A stretch of DNA of 64,000 bases from contig JANNGR010000583.1 in the NCBI GenBank assembly GCA_031403955.1, positions 3,865-67,864 on the forward strand. The letters are read 5' to 3'. Positions 29,224-38,091 of this stretch are shown piece after piece. The number at the start of each line of letters is the position of its first letter. The stretch's first letter is position 1. The notes beneath the pieces are model-generated. The model was not told the origin of the DNA, did no database searches, and worked only from the letters and a program-made list of their open reading frames with translations. The stretch is from Betaproteobacteria bacterium (GTDB lineage: Bacteria; Pseudomonadota; Gammaproteobacteria; Burkholderiales; Burkholderiaceae_C). The translations under genes were made by a program, and so were the position numbers.

Positions 29224-31248
29224 ATGGGCGCTCTGGCTGACCCGTCGCGGTGGGTTCACCTGGACTGGGTGCTGGTGGCGGTGGGAGCGTGGCTGGTAGT
29301 GGGTGTGGCGGGGGTGTTCGCGCTGCGCCGACTGGTGTTTGTCGCGCGTTTCCTGTTCCCGGCTGGCGGGGTGATCGCGCTCGGATTGTTTGCCGTCGCT
29401 TTGCAGGCGGTTTTCTCGACCCCGCAGACCGCGGTGTTGGCTATTGGTCTGCCGCAGTTGCCGTTTCATCTGCGCCTTGACGCGCTCTCGGCTTTTTTCC
29501 TGATCGTGATCGCCGCCACGGCGGTCGGCGTGTCGGCATTTGCAGCCGGTTATTTTCGCAAGGGGGAGGGCACCCCGCCCGGCTTGTTGTGCCTTGAGTA
29601 CCATGTTTTCCTGGCGGCCATGGTGATGGTGTTGCTGGCCGATGACGCATACGCCTTCATGGTGATGTGGGAGACGATGGCGCTGTCTTCGTTTTTCCTG
29701 GTGATCGCCAACCACCGCATTCCCGAGATCCGCCAGGCTGGTTATCTGTACCTGTTGATCGCCCATATCGGCGCGATCGGCATCCTGCTGTGTTTTGGCG
29801 TGCTGCAGGCCAATACCGGCGACTACACGTTTGCCAATATGCGTTTGCAGCACCTGACGCCATTCTGGGCCTCGGTCGCGTTCCTGCTGGCGCTGTTCGG
29901 TTTTGGCGCCAAGGCCGGCATTCTGCCGCTGCATGTGTGGTTGCCCGAGGCGCATCCGGCGGCGCCGTCGCCGGTATCCGCACTGATGAGCGGCGTGATG
30001 TTGAAGACCGCCATCTACGGCGTGTTGCGGGTCGCGTTTGATCTGTTGCAGATTCAACTCTGGTGGTGGGGTGTGTTGTTGCTGGCATTGGGATTGGCTA
30101 CGGCTATCTACGGTGTGGTGTTCGCCGCCGTGCAGGTCGACATGAAGCGTTTGCTGGCTTATTCGTCGATCGAGAACATCGGCCTGATGTTTGCCGCCAT
30201 CGGACTGGCGCTGATTTTCTGGGCCTACCGCATGCAGGCCATGGCTGCACTGGCGCTCACCGCCGCGCTCTACCATGTGGCGAGCCACGCCTTCTTCAAG
30301 AGCCTGTTGTTTCTGGGCACCGGGGCGGTGTTGCACGCCACCCACGAGCGCAGTCTGGGCAAACTTGGCGGCCTGATCCGCAGCATGCCGTGGGTGGCCT
30401 GGATGACCCTGGTCGGGGCCTTGGCCAGCGCCGGTCTGCCGCCACTCGGCGGTTTTGTCGCCGAATGGTTGCTGTTGCAAAGTTTCCTGTTCACGCCGGG
30501 CCTGCCGAATTCTTTCCTCAACATGCTGATCCCGGCCGTGACGGCGCTGATTGCGATGGTGTCGGCGCTCGCCGGCTACACCATGGTCAAGTTCTTTGGC
30601 GTGATTTTTCTGGGCCAGCCGCGCGAGGAAAGACTGCTGCAAGCGCGGGACGCCGACCGCTGGGAGCGTTTGGGCATGTTGTGGCTGGTGGCTGGATGTA
30701 TCGCGCTGGGGCTGTTGCCAAACCAGTTCATTCAGCTCATCGATCCAGTGACGCAACAACTGGTTGCGGCTGGCCTGGGCGCAACGGCGGCCACCAGTGG
30801 CTGGTTGCTGGTGCCGGTGGACATAGAGCGGGCCAGTTACGGACCGGTGATTTTCCTGCTCGGTGTGGCGGCGTGTTACGCGCTGGCTTACCTGCTGGTG
30901 CGCCGGTTCTACCACGGCCGCGTGCGGCGCTCCGATCCGTGGGACTGCGGTTACCCATGGCAGACGGCGCGCATGCAGGACACGGCCGAGGGTTTCGGCC
31001 AGCCGATTCGTCAGATTTTCGAGCCGTTTTTTCGCATCGAACGGCATCTGCCGAGCCCGTTTGACGCCGCGCCGCGTTACCGCGTGGTGCTCGGCGACCA
31101 TTTTTGGCACTGGCTGTACTTGCCGGTGGCGTCTCTTATCGATCGGACTTCCAGGCTGATCGGCCGGCTCCAGCAGGGGCGCATAGCGTTGTACCTGTTG
31201 TGCAGCTTTGTGACCCTGATCGCCGTGCTGGTGGTGGTAACGCGATGA
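29224..31248 (+). CDS. hyfB: HyfB-like antiporter subunit of an Ehr/hydrogenase-4-like complex
   Basis: 'VMWETM', 'GAKAGILPLHVWLPEAHPAAPSPVSALMSG', 'KRLLAYSSIEN', 'WDCG'. Confidence 0.9.
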   Translation: MGALADPSRWVHLDWVLVAVGAWLVVGVAGVFALRRLVFVARFLFPAGGVIALGLFAVALQAVFSTPQTAVLAIGLPQLPFHLRLDALSAFFLIVIAATAVGVSAFAAGYFRKGEGTPPGLLCLEYHVFLAAMVMVLLADDAYAFMVMWETMALSSFFLVIANHRIPEIRQAGYLYLLIAHIGAIGILLCFGVLQANTGDYTFANMRLQHLTPFWASVAFLLALFGFGAKAGILPLHVWLPEAHPAAPSPVSALMSGVMLKTAIYGVLRVAFDLLQIQLWWWGVLLLALGLATAIYGVVFAAVQVDMKRLLAYSSIENIGLMFAAIGLALIFWAYRMQAMAALALTAALYHVASHAFFKSLLFLGTGAVLHATHERSLGKLGGLIRSMPWVAWMTLVGALASAGLPPLGGFVAEWLLLQSFLFTPGLPNSFLNMLIPAVTALIAMVSALAGYTMVKFFGVIFLGQPREERLLQARDADRWERLGMLWLVAGCIALGLLPNQFIQLIDPVTQQLVAAGLGATAATSGWLLVPVDIERASYGPVIFLLGVAACYALAYLLVRRFYHGRVRRSDPWDCGYPWQTARMQDTAEGFGQPIRQIFEPFFRIERHLPSPFDAAPRYRVVLGDHFWHWLYLPVASLIDRTSRLIGRLQQGRIALYLLCSFVTLIAVLVVVTR

Positions 31249-32192
31249 GTTATTTCGGCTTCATTTCCCAGTTGCTGGAGATCGCCGTCGCGTTGGCGCT
31301 GGCGCCGCTGCTCAGTGGCTGGGTCAACCAGTGGCGCGCCTGGTTGCAGAACAAGTCGGCACCCAGCTTGTTGCAGCCGTATCGCCTGCTGCACAAGTTG
31401 TTTCACAAGGACTCGGTGGTGGCACACCACGCTTCGCCGCTGTTTCGTGTCGCGCCGTACATTATTTTTGGCTGCATGACACTGGCCTGCGCCATTATTC
31501 CGACCCTGTCGACTGACTTGCCCCTGTCAGCCGCTGCCGATGCGATTGCACTGGTTGGTCTGTTTGCGCTGGCGCGGGTGTTCATCTCGCTGGCGGCAAT
31601 GGACATCGGCACATCGTTTGGCAGTCTCGGCGCGCGGCGCGAGATGTTGATCGGGTTTCTCGCCGAACCGGCGCTGTTGATGGTGTTGTTCTCGGCCTCG
31701 CTGATTTCCAAGTCGACTTCGCTGACCACCATCGTGGCCACGCTGGCACACCGCGAGTTCGCCATCTATCCCAGCCTGGCTTTTGCCGGCGTGGCATTTG
31801 CCATGGTGTCGCTGGCCGAAAACGCGCGGGTGCCGGTGGACAACCCGGCCACCCACCTGGAACTGACCATGATCCATGAGGCCTTGATTCTGGAGTATTC
31901 GGGGCGCCATCTGGCGTTGCTCGAATGGGCCGCGAGCCTGAAATTGTTTGCCTATTCATGTATCGGGCTGGCGTTGTTTTTTCCGTGGGGCGTCGCCAAC
32001 GCGCACGCTCCGCTGGCCCTGCTGCTGGCGCTGCCAACCCTGGTATTCAAGCTGGCGGTTGGCGGCGTATTGCTGGCGGTGCTGGAGACACTGAGCGCCA
32101 AGATGCGCATTTTCCGGGTGCCGGAGTTTCTGGCCACCGCCTTCATGCTGGCCGTGATCGGCCTGCTGGTGCGCATCTTGTTGGGGGCATGA
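31245..32192 (+). CDS. hyfC: HyfC/NuoH-like membrane subunit
   Basis: 'PSLLQPY..L.KL..K', 'ENARVPVDNP.THLELTMIHEA..LEYSG', 'AKMRIFRV'. Confidence 0.9.
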   Translation: MSYFGFISQLLEIAVALALAPLLSGWVNQWRAWLQNKSAPSLLQPYRLLHKLFHKDSVVAHHASPLFRVAPYIIFGCMTLACAIIPTLSTDLPLSAAADAIALVGLFALARVFISLAAMDIGTSFGSLGARREMLIGFLAEPALLMVLFSASLISKSTSLTTIVATLAHREFAIYPSLAFAGVAFAMVSLAENARVPVDNPATHLELTMIHEALILEYSGRHLALLEWAASLKLFAYSCIGLALFFPWGVANAHAPLALLLALPTLVFKLAVGGVLLAVLETLSAKMRIFRVPEFLATAFMLAVIGLLVRILLGA

Positions 32193-32193
32193 G

Positions 32194-32853
32194 TTGACGG
32201 ACCTGATCACCCAACTCATCAACCTGTTCGCGGCCATCATCCTGATGCTGGCTTTCGCGATGATTTCGCAGCGGCGCATTCTGTCGCTGATCCATCTCTT
32301 CACGCTGCAGGGTGTCGCCCTGGTGGCCGCCACGGTAACGGTGGGTTATGTCACGCACCAGCCGCATTTGTATCTGTCGGCCGGCCTTACCTTGCTGCTC
32401 AAGGTAATCCTGATTCCGTATTTGCTGCACCGGGTGGTAAACCGGCTCGACGTGCGCTGGGACGTCGAGGCGCTTATCAATATCCCCACCACCATGCTGA
32501 TTGGCATCGTGCTGGTGATTTTTGCGTTCAACCTGGCGTCGCCGATCGCCCATCTGTCATCGACCATCGCACGCGGCACGCTCGGAATCGCGCTGGCCTG
32601 TATCTTGTTGTCGTTCCTGATGATGATCGTTCGCTCCAAGGCGGTGCCGCAGGTGATCGGCTTTCTGTCGATGGAAAACGGCTTGTTTTTTGCCGCCACT
32701 TCGGCTACCTACGGCATGCCGATGGTGGTCGAACTCGGTATCGCGCTCGATGTGCTGGTCGGCATCCTGATCATGGGGGTTTTCCTGTTCCAGATCCGCG
32801 AGCAGTTCGACAGTCTGGATATTCGCCACCTTGAGAAGTTGCGCGAAGAATGA
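32194..32853 (+). CDS. hyfE: HyfE-like membrane subunit
   Basis: 'LKVILIP', 'QVIGFLSMENG', 'PMVVELG..LDV'. Confidence 0.88.
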   Translation: MTDLITQLINLFAAIILMLAFAMISQRRILSLIHLFTLQGVALVAATVTVGYVTHQPHLYLSAGLTLLLKVILIPYLLHRVVNRLDVRWDVEALINIPTTMLIGIVLVIFAFNLASPIAHLSSTIARGTLGIALACILLSFLMMIVRSKAVPQVIGFLSMENGLFFAATSATYGMPMVVELGIALDVLVGILIMGVFLFQIREQFDSLDIRHLEKLREE

Positions 32854-34310
32854 CCCTGCAAGCGCTGCATTTTGTTTTCGGCATTCCGCTGCTGGGCAGC
32901 ATCGTGCTGGCGTTTACCGGGCAGCGCGACGTGGCGCGCGACATCAACGCCGCATTCAGCCTGGGCACCTTCATCGCCGCCTGCGTTTTGACGGCGCAAA
33001 TTGTCAGCGACGGGCCGTTGTTGGCCCTCGATGACCAGTTCTACATCGATCCGCTGAACGTCTTCCTGGTTACCCTGACCGCGTTTGTCGGCTTGACCAC
33101 GGCGTTGTTCTCGCGTCCCTACATGCTGGTGGAGCGCGACCGCGGCAAGATGACGCCGCCGCGCATGCGGCTGTACCACAGCATGTACCAGTTGTTCAGC
33201 TTCACGATGCTGGTGGCGCTGATGACCAACAACATGGGCATCCTGTGGGTGGCGATGGAGGCGGCCACGCTCACCACCGTGTTGCTGGTCAGCGTGTACC
33301 GCACCGCCGCCAGTCTGGAGGCGGCCTGGAAATATTTCATACTTTGCGGAGTCGGCATCGCGCAGGCACTGTTCGGAACGGTGCTGTTGTACATGGCAGC
33401 CGAAAAAGTGTTGGGCGCTGAAGGCGGCGCCTTGTTGTGGACCAACCTGGACGCGGTCAAGTCGCAACTCGACCCCGACATAATTACGCTGGCGTTTGCT
33501 TTCCTGTTCATTGGCTACGGCACCAAGGTCGGCTTGGTGCCGTTGCATAACTGGTTGCCCGACGCCCACGCCGAGGGTCCAACACCGGTGTCGGCGGTAC
33601 TTTCCGGTTTGTTGCTCAATGTGGCGCTGTACGCGCTGCTGCGCTGCAAGGTACTCACCGACGGCGCGCTGCACAGCCCGCTGGCAAGCCAGCTGATGTT
33701 GGGATTTGGCTTGCTCTCGGTGCTGGTGGCGGCATTTTTCCTGTCGCGCCAGAAGGACGTGAAACGCATGTTTGCTTATTCGTCGATAGAGCATATGGGG
33801 CTGATCACGTTTGCGTTTGGCCTGGGCGGACCGATTGCCAACTTTGCCGGGCTACTGCACATGACGGTGCACTCGTTGATCAAGTCCGCTATTTTCTTCG
33901 CCGTCGGCCATGCGACGCAAAAAGCCGGCACACAGAATATGGACGACATACGAGGCTTGATCACGGTCAGCCCGACGGTCGGCTGGGGCCTGATGCTGGG
34001 CTCGCTGGCGATCCTGGGCATGCCGCCATTCGGCGTGTTTGCGAGCGAATTCCTGATCCTGACCACCGCCATGCGCGAGCAGCCCTGGGCCACACCCTTG
34101 TTGCTGCTGGCGCTCGGGGTGGCTTTCGCGGCCGTTTTGAGCCGGGTTCTGCCGATGGTATTTGGCCAGACCACGTTGAAGCCGCTGAAGCATTCGCCGG
34201 CGCTGCTGCCAGTGTTCGTTCACCTGGCGCTGGGCCTGATGCTGGGCCTGTACATACCGCCCTACCTGGATGCGTGGTTCCGGCAGGCGGCTCGCATGAT
34301 CGGAGGTTGA
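32850..34310 (+). CDS. hyfF: HyfF-like antiporter subunit
   Basis: 'WVAMEAATL', 'AAWKY', 'GYGTKVGLVPLHNWLPDAH', 'KRMFAYSSIEH'. Confidence 0.9.
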   Translation: MTLQALHFVFGIPLLGSIVLAFTGQRDVARDINAAFSLGTFIAACVLTAQIVSDGPLLALDDQFYIDPLNVFLVTLTAFVGLTTALFSRPYMLVERDRGKMTPPRMRLYHSMYQLFSFTMLVALMTNNMGILWVAMEAATLTTVLLVSVYRTAASLEAAWKYFILCGVGIAQALFGTVLLYMAAEKVLGAEGGALLWTNLDAVKSQLDPDIITLAFAFLFIGYGTKVGLVPLHNWLPDAHAEGPTPVSAVLSGLLLNVALYALLRCKVLTDGALHSPLASQLMLGFGLLSVLVAAFFLSRQKDVKRMFAYSSIEHMGLITFAFGLGGPIANFAGLLHMTVHSLIKSAIFFAVGHATQKAGTQNMDDIRGLITVSPTVGWGLMLGSLAILGMPPFGVFASEFLILTTAMREQPWATPLLLLALGVAFAAVLSRVLPMVFGQTTLKPLKHSPALLPVFVHLALGLMLGLYIPPYLDAWFRQAARMIGG

Positions 34311-34314
34311 TGGC

Positions 34315-35862
34315 ATGTCGATTCCTGGTATGACGCTGGGTCTGCGCCGCCTGTCGGCGCCCTTGCCGGTCTGGCATGCTGGCGTGGGTACAGATGAGTG
34401 GCAACTCGCGGCGCGTGTGGTGCGTGAAGGTGGCGGCCGCTTGGTATCGGTGTGGGGGTCGCACGCCAACGGGCTGAGCGCCCACGCGGCCTATGCGGTC
34501 CAGGATGGCCTGGTCTGGCTGCAACTGGCGCTCGAGGATAGCCATCCCCACTACCCTGACCTGGCGCCGGTTTTTCCAGCGGCCGCCCGGATGCAGCGTG
34601 CCGCGGCGGACCTGCTCGGCATTCACGCCGAGGGGGCGGCGGACGTGCGTCCGTGGCTCAACCATGGTGCCTGGAGCGCCGACTATTTGCCTTTGCGGCA
34701 GTCTGCGTCCGGCGACGAAGTTCCGGCTGGCGCCAGCGTTGCCAACTACCCTTTTGTGCGGGTCGAGGGTGAAGGCGTGCATGAAATACCGGTCGGTCCG
34801 GTACATGCCGGAATCATCGAACCCGGCCATTTCCGTTTCTCGGTGGTAGGCGAAAAGCTGCTGCGCCTGGAGCAGCGGCTGGGCTACACCCACAAGGGCA
34901 TTGCGCGGCGTTTCACCCAACTGGCGCCACTGCAGGCGCACCGGCTCGCGGCGCGCATGTCGGGCGACTCCACGGTGGCTGGCGCCTGGGCCTATTGCAT
35001 GGCGCTGGAGTCGGCTGCGGCTTGTGAATTGCCGCCGCGCGCGGCCTGGTTGCGCGCCTTGATGCTGGAGCGCGAACGGGTCGCCAACCACCTCGGCGAT
35101 CTGGGGGCTTTGGGCAACGACGCGGCGCTCGCGTTCGGTCTGGCCCAGTTCTCGCGCTTGCGAGAAGACTGGCTGCGCCTGTCTGGCCAGGTGTTCGGCC
35201 ACCGGCTGATGATGGACAACCTGCTGCCGGGTGGCGTGGCACAGGATGTAAACCAGGCCGCTGTCGACCAGCTTTGCCGGCAATGCGACGCCATTGAGCG
35301 CGAGGTGCGCGTGTTGCGTGTGGTGTACGACGAACATGCCGGATTGCAGGACCGGTTTCTTGGTACCGGCCAGGTATTGCCGGCGCTGGCGGCCCAACTT
35401 GGCCTGGCGGGACTGGCAGGCCGCGCCAGCGGGCAATCCTGGGACCTGCGCAGCGACCATGCCTGGCCACCTTATGACGACCTGGACGTGAAAATTGCCA
35501 CCCACCGCAATGGCGACGTGGCCGCACGGGTGATGGTGCGTTTTGATGAGCTGTTTGAGTCACTACGCCTGATTCGGACGATTGCGCGGCGGTTGCCCGG
35601 CGGTGCGCTGCGAAGCGCGCTCGACCTGCCGGCTGAGCCGTCGCTTGGTGCCGGTTGGATAGAAGGCTGGCGCGGCGAGATTCTGGTGGCGCTGGAGCTC
35701 GATGGGTCGGCCAACAGTGGCCGCATTTTGGGTTGCCACTGCCATGACCCCTCGTGGCACAACTGGCCGGTGCTGGAACATGCGGTGATAGGCAACATCG
35801 TTCCGGACTTCCCGTTGATCAATAAGTCCTTTAACCTGAGTTACTCGGGGCATGATTTATGA
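34315..35862 (+). CDS. HyfG/HycE-like large subunit (NuoC+NuoD-like) lacking NiFe ligands (EhrL type)
   Basis: 'PVGPVHAGIIEPGHFRF', 'LGYTHKG', 'ERERVANH'; L1 reads 'RMSGDS' and L2 reads 'NKSFNLSYSGHDL', with no Cys pairs. Confidence 0.9.
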   Translation: MSIPGMTLGLRRLSAPLPVWHAGVGTDEWQLAARVVREGGGRLVSVWGSHANGLSAHAAYAVQDGLVWLQLALEDSHPHYPDLAPVFPAAARMQRAAADLLGIHAEGAADVRPWLNHGAWSADYLPLRQSASGDEVPAGASVANYPFVRVEGEGVHEIPVGPVHAGIIEPGHFRFSVVGEKLLRLEQRLGYTHKGIARRFTQLAPLQAHRLAARMSGDSTVAGAWAYCMALESAAACELPPRAAWLRALMLERERVANHLGDLGALGNDAALAFGLAQFSRLREDWLRLSGQVFGHRLMMDNLLPGGVAQDVNQAAVDQLCRQCDAIEREVRVLRVVYDEHAGLQDRFLGTGQVLPALAAQLGLAGLAGRASGQSWDLRSDHAWPPYDDLDVKIATHRNGDVAARVMVRFDELFESLRLIRTIARRLPGGALRSALDLPAEPSLGAGWIEGWRGEILVALELDGSANSGRILGCHCHDPSWHNWPVLEHAVIGNIVPDFPLINKSFNLSYSGHDL

Positions 35863-36392
35863 CCTGGAACATCATCAAGCAGATCGCTCGCAACGGCATT
35901 CGCACCGAGGCCCCACCGCACGGCGCCGCTGGTTTGCAGGCCGAGGTGTTGCATATCCACCAGGACCTGCTGGACATACTGGGCCAGGCGCTGACGATCC
36001 GCCAAGTCGATGCCGGTTCGTGTAATGGATGCGAGCTGGAAATCAACGCGCTGGGCAACCCGTACTACAACATCGAGGGCTTGGGCATACAGTTCGTTGC
36101 CAGCCCGCGCCATGCCGACATGTTGCTGGTGACCGGGCCGGTGTCGCGCAACATGGAGCTGGCCTTGCAGCGCACCTATGACGCCACACCCGATCCCAAG
36201 CTGGTGGTGGCGGTTGGCGATTGTGCCGCGGATGGCGGCATATTCGGCGAGAGTTATGCCAGTTGCGGCCGGGTGTCCAACGTCATACCGGTGCATCTGA
36301 CGGTGCCGGGTTGCCCGCCGCCGCCGCTCGAAATCTTGCGCGGCATCCTGACGGCGGTGCGTCGCGTGCGTGGCCAGGACGGCCATGTCTGA
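35859..36392 (+). CDS. NuoB/HyfI-like [4Fe-4S] small subunit (EhrS type)
   Basis: 'GSCNGCE', 'SPRHAD', 'VGDC', 'PGCPP'. Confidence 0.92.
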   Translation: MTWNIIKQIARNGIRTEAPPHGAAGLQAEVLHIHQDLLDILGQALTIRQVDAGSCNGCELEINALGNPYYNIEGLGIQFVASPRHADMLLVTGPVSRNMELALQRTYDATPDPKLVVAVGDCAADGGIFGESYASCGRVSNVIPVHLTVPGCPPPPLEILRGILTAVRRVRGQDGHV

Positions 36393-37563
36393 ACGCGCCA
36401 CGCGCATGGGAGACAAGACATTCAAGTGCATCGTGGTGCTGGTCTGCGTGATCAACCTGGCGGCCATCGGTATTGGACTGGGTGGCAGTGGCGCCGTATC
36501 CGTCGTCTGGCTGGCGGTATTGGGCGCCGCCGGGTGCGTGGGCACCCTGGCCCTGGTGCTGGCGGTGCGCGGTGGCCGGCGCCAGCTTGAAGCCGCGACT
36601 GCGTTACTGCCGCTGCATGAACTGGAACTGGCGCGCGCGCAGGCACGCGCCGCCGAATTGCGTTTGCGCGAGGTGATCGACGTTATTCCCGCGGGTCTGG
36701 CGATCTACGACAACCAGGACCGGCTGGTCAGCTACAACCAGGAGGTGTCGCGGCAGTACCCGTACCGCGGCGAAGGCAACGTGATGGGTGAGTCCTATGA
36801 AGGCTTGATGCGCCGCGCGCTTGCCACCGGAAGTATCCCCGACGCGGTGGGACGCGAGGAAGAATGGCTGGCGCTGCGCATGGCCGGACGTGGTGCGCTG
36901 AATGGGCCGTTGCTGCGGCATACCGACGATGGCCACTGGGTGCACTTCTATGAATCGCGTACCCCGTCGGGTTATCTGGTCATGACGCGGCTGGACATCA
37001 CGCCGATGGTTGAGAAAGGACTGGCGCTGGAACGCGCCAACGAGCAATTGCTGCGCCTGTCAACGACCGACGGACTGACTGGAATAACGAACCGGCGCCG
37101 GTTTGACCAGACCTTGCAAAACGAATGGCAACGATGTGCGCGCAACCAGTCCTGGTTGTCGTTGTTGATGATCGACATCGACCATTTCAAGCGTTACAAC
37201 GAGCACTATGGCCATTTGACCGGCGACGAGTGCCTGCGCCAGGTGGCGCGGATCCTGGGGTTGTGTATCAAGCGCTCGGGAGAACTGGTGGCGCGTTACG
37301 CCGGCCAGAAATTCGCCGTTTTGTTGCCTGGCGCCGACGCGGCAGAGGCCAAGTGCCTGGCACAACGTTGCAACCACGAGATGCTGAATGCCAGAATTCC
37401 GCACGCCGACTCGCCGGTGTCGCCCTGGCTGAGTGTGAGTATCGGTGTGGCGACCATGGTGGCCGCGCCCGGCTTGTTGCCAGCCACTTTGCTGGAGCAT
37501 GTCGAGCAGGCGACGGCCAAGGCAAAAAGCGCCGGGCGGGCACGCTTCGAGGTTTTCGACTGA
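36385..37563 (+). CDS. Membrane-anchored PAS-fold plus degenerate GGDEF protein
   Basis: Two TM segments, PAS-like segment, 'DGLTGITNRR', 'DIDHFK'; the active-site motif reads AGQKF. Confidence 0.85.
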   Translation: MSERATRMGDKTFKCIVVLVCVINLAAIGIGLGGSGAVSVVWLAVLGAAGCVGTLALVLAVRGGRRQLEAATALLPLHELELARAQARAAELRLREVIDVIPAGLAIYDNQDRLVSYNQEVSRQYPYRGEGNVMGESYEGLMRRALATGSIPDAVGREEEWLALRMAGRGALNGPLLRHTDDGHWVHFYESRTPSGYLVMTRLDITPMVEKGLALERANEQLLRLSTTDGLTGITNRRRFDQTLQNEWQRCARNQSWLSLLMIDIDHFKRYNEHYGHLTGDECLRQVARILGLCIKRSGELVARYAGQKFAVLLPGADAAEAKCLAQRCNHEMLNARIPHADSPVSPWLSVSIGVATMVAAPGLLPATLLEHVEQATAKAKSAGRARFEVFD

Positions 37564-37570
37564 CTGTATC

Positions 37571-37684
37571 GAAACTTCCCACACCTACAACCGGGCCGTT
37601 GCGCAAGCCGTGTTCGCCATGGCGCCGGTATTTGCACAGCAGGCCCAACTGTTGCTTTCGAAGCTGCAGGATCGCAATGATTGA
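37571..37684 (+). pseudogene. C-terminal remnant of an HI0074-type HEPN (nucleotidyltransferase substrate-binding) gene
   Basis: 'ETSHTYNRAVAQAVF...FAQQAQLLLSKLQDRND*' with no start or N-terminal part; overlaps the MNT start. Confidence 0.72.
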
Positions 37685-37970
37685 CCTGTCTGAGGAGCAC
37701 CTCGAGCAGGTCCGCAAGATTGTCAAGCTGCACCTGCATGACGCAGAGGTGTTTGCCTTTGGATCGCGGGTCACAGGCAAGGCCAGCAAGTTTTCGGATC
37801 TGGACCTGATGGTCAAAACCAACGGCAGCCTGCCATGGAGGAAGCTAGCCGACTTGCGAGAATCGTTCGAAGCGTCCGACCTGCCGATCACGGTTGATGT
37901 GCTGGACTGGGGCAACTGCTCGGACGTCTTTCGCGGAATCGTCGCGCCCGAGCTGGTTCGGGTTGTCTGA
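37677..37970 (+). CDS. Minimal nucleotidyltransferase (MNT antitoxin-type)
   Basis: 'VFAFGSRVTG.A..FSDLDL', 'SDLPITVDVLDW'. Confidence 0.88.
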   Translation: MIDLSEEHLEQVRKIVKLHLHDAEVFAFGSRVTGKASKFSDLDLMVKTNGSLPWRKLADLRESFEASDLPITVDVLDWGNCSDVFRGIVAPELVRVV

Positions 37971-38051
37971 GCCAGTGACCCGACATGCCGGCGTGGCGCA
38001 AGGCGCGGGTGCCAGCCGTCAAGCCTATTTGGGGACGTCGTCATGTGAACG

Positions 38052-38075
38052 TGCCGCACTGCGCGCAGTGCGGCA
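38052..38075. terminator. Perfect 24-bp palindrome between convergent genes, possible bidirectional hairpin terminator
   Basis: TGCCGCACTGCGCGCAGTGCGGCA; no clear U-tract, so function is uncertain. Confidence 0.35.
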
Positions 38076-38091
38076 TTGCCGCAACGGACTG

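Noticed and set aside
28549-31110. 853-aa minus-strand ORF and other long antisense ORFs (e.g. 19363-20988, 33967-35505, 45480-47165, 59782-61125)
   Set aside because: Shadows of real genes on the opposite strand in GC-rich DNA; Arg/His/Gln-rich with no recognisable motifs.
34315-35862. Functional [NiFe] hydrogenase-4 or formate hydrogenlyase
   Set aside because: Both CxxC nickel-binding motifs are absent, and there are no maturation genes in the window.
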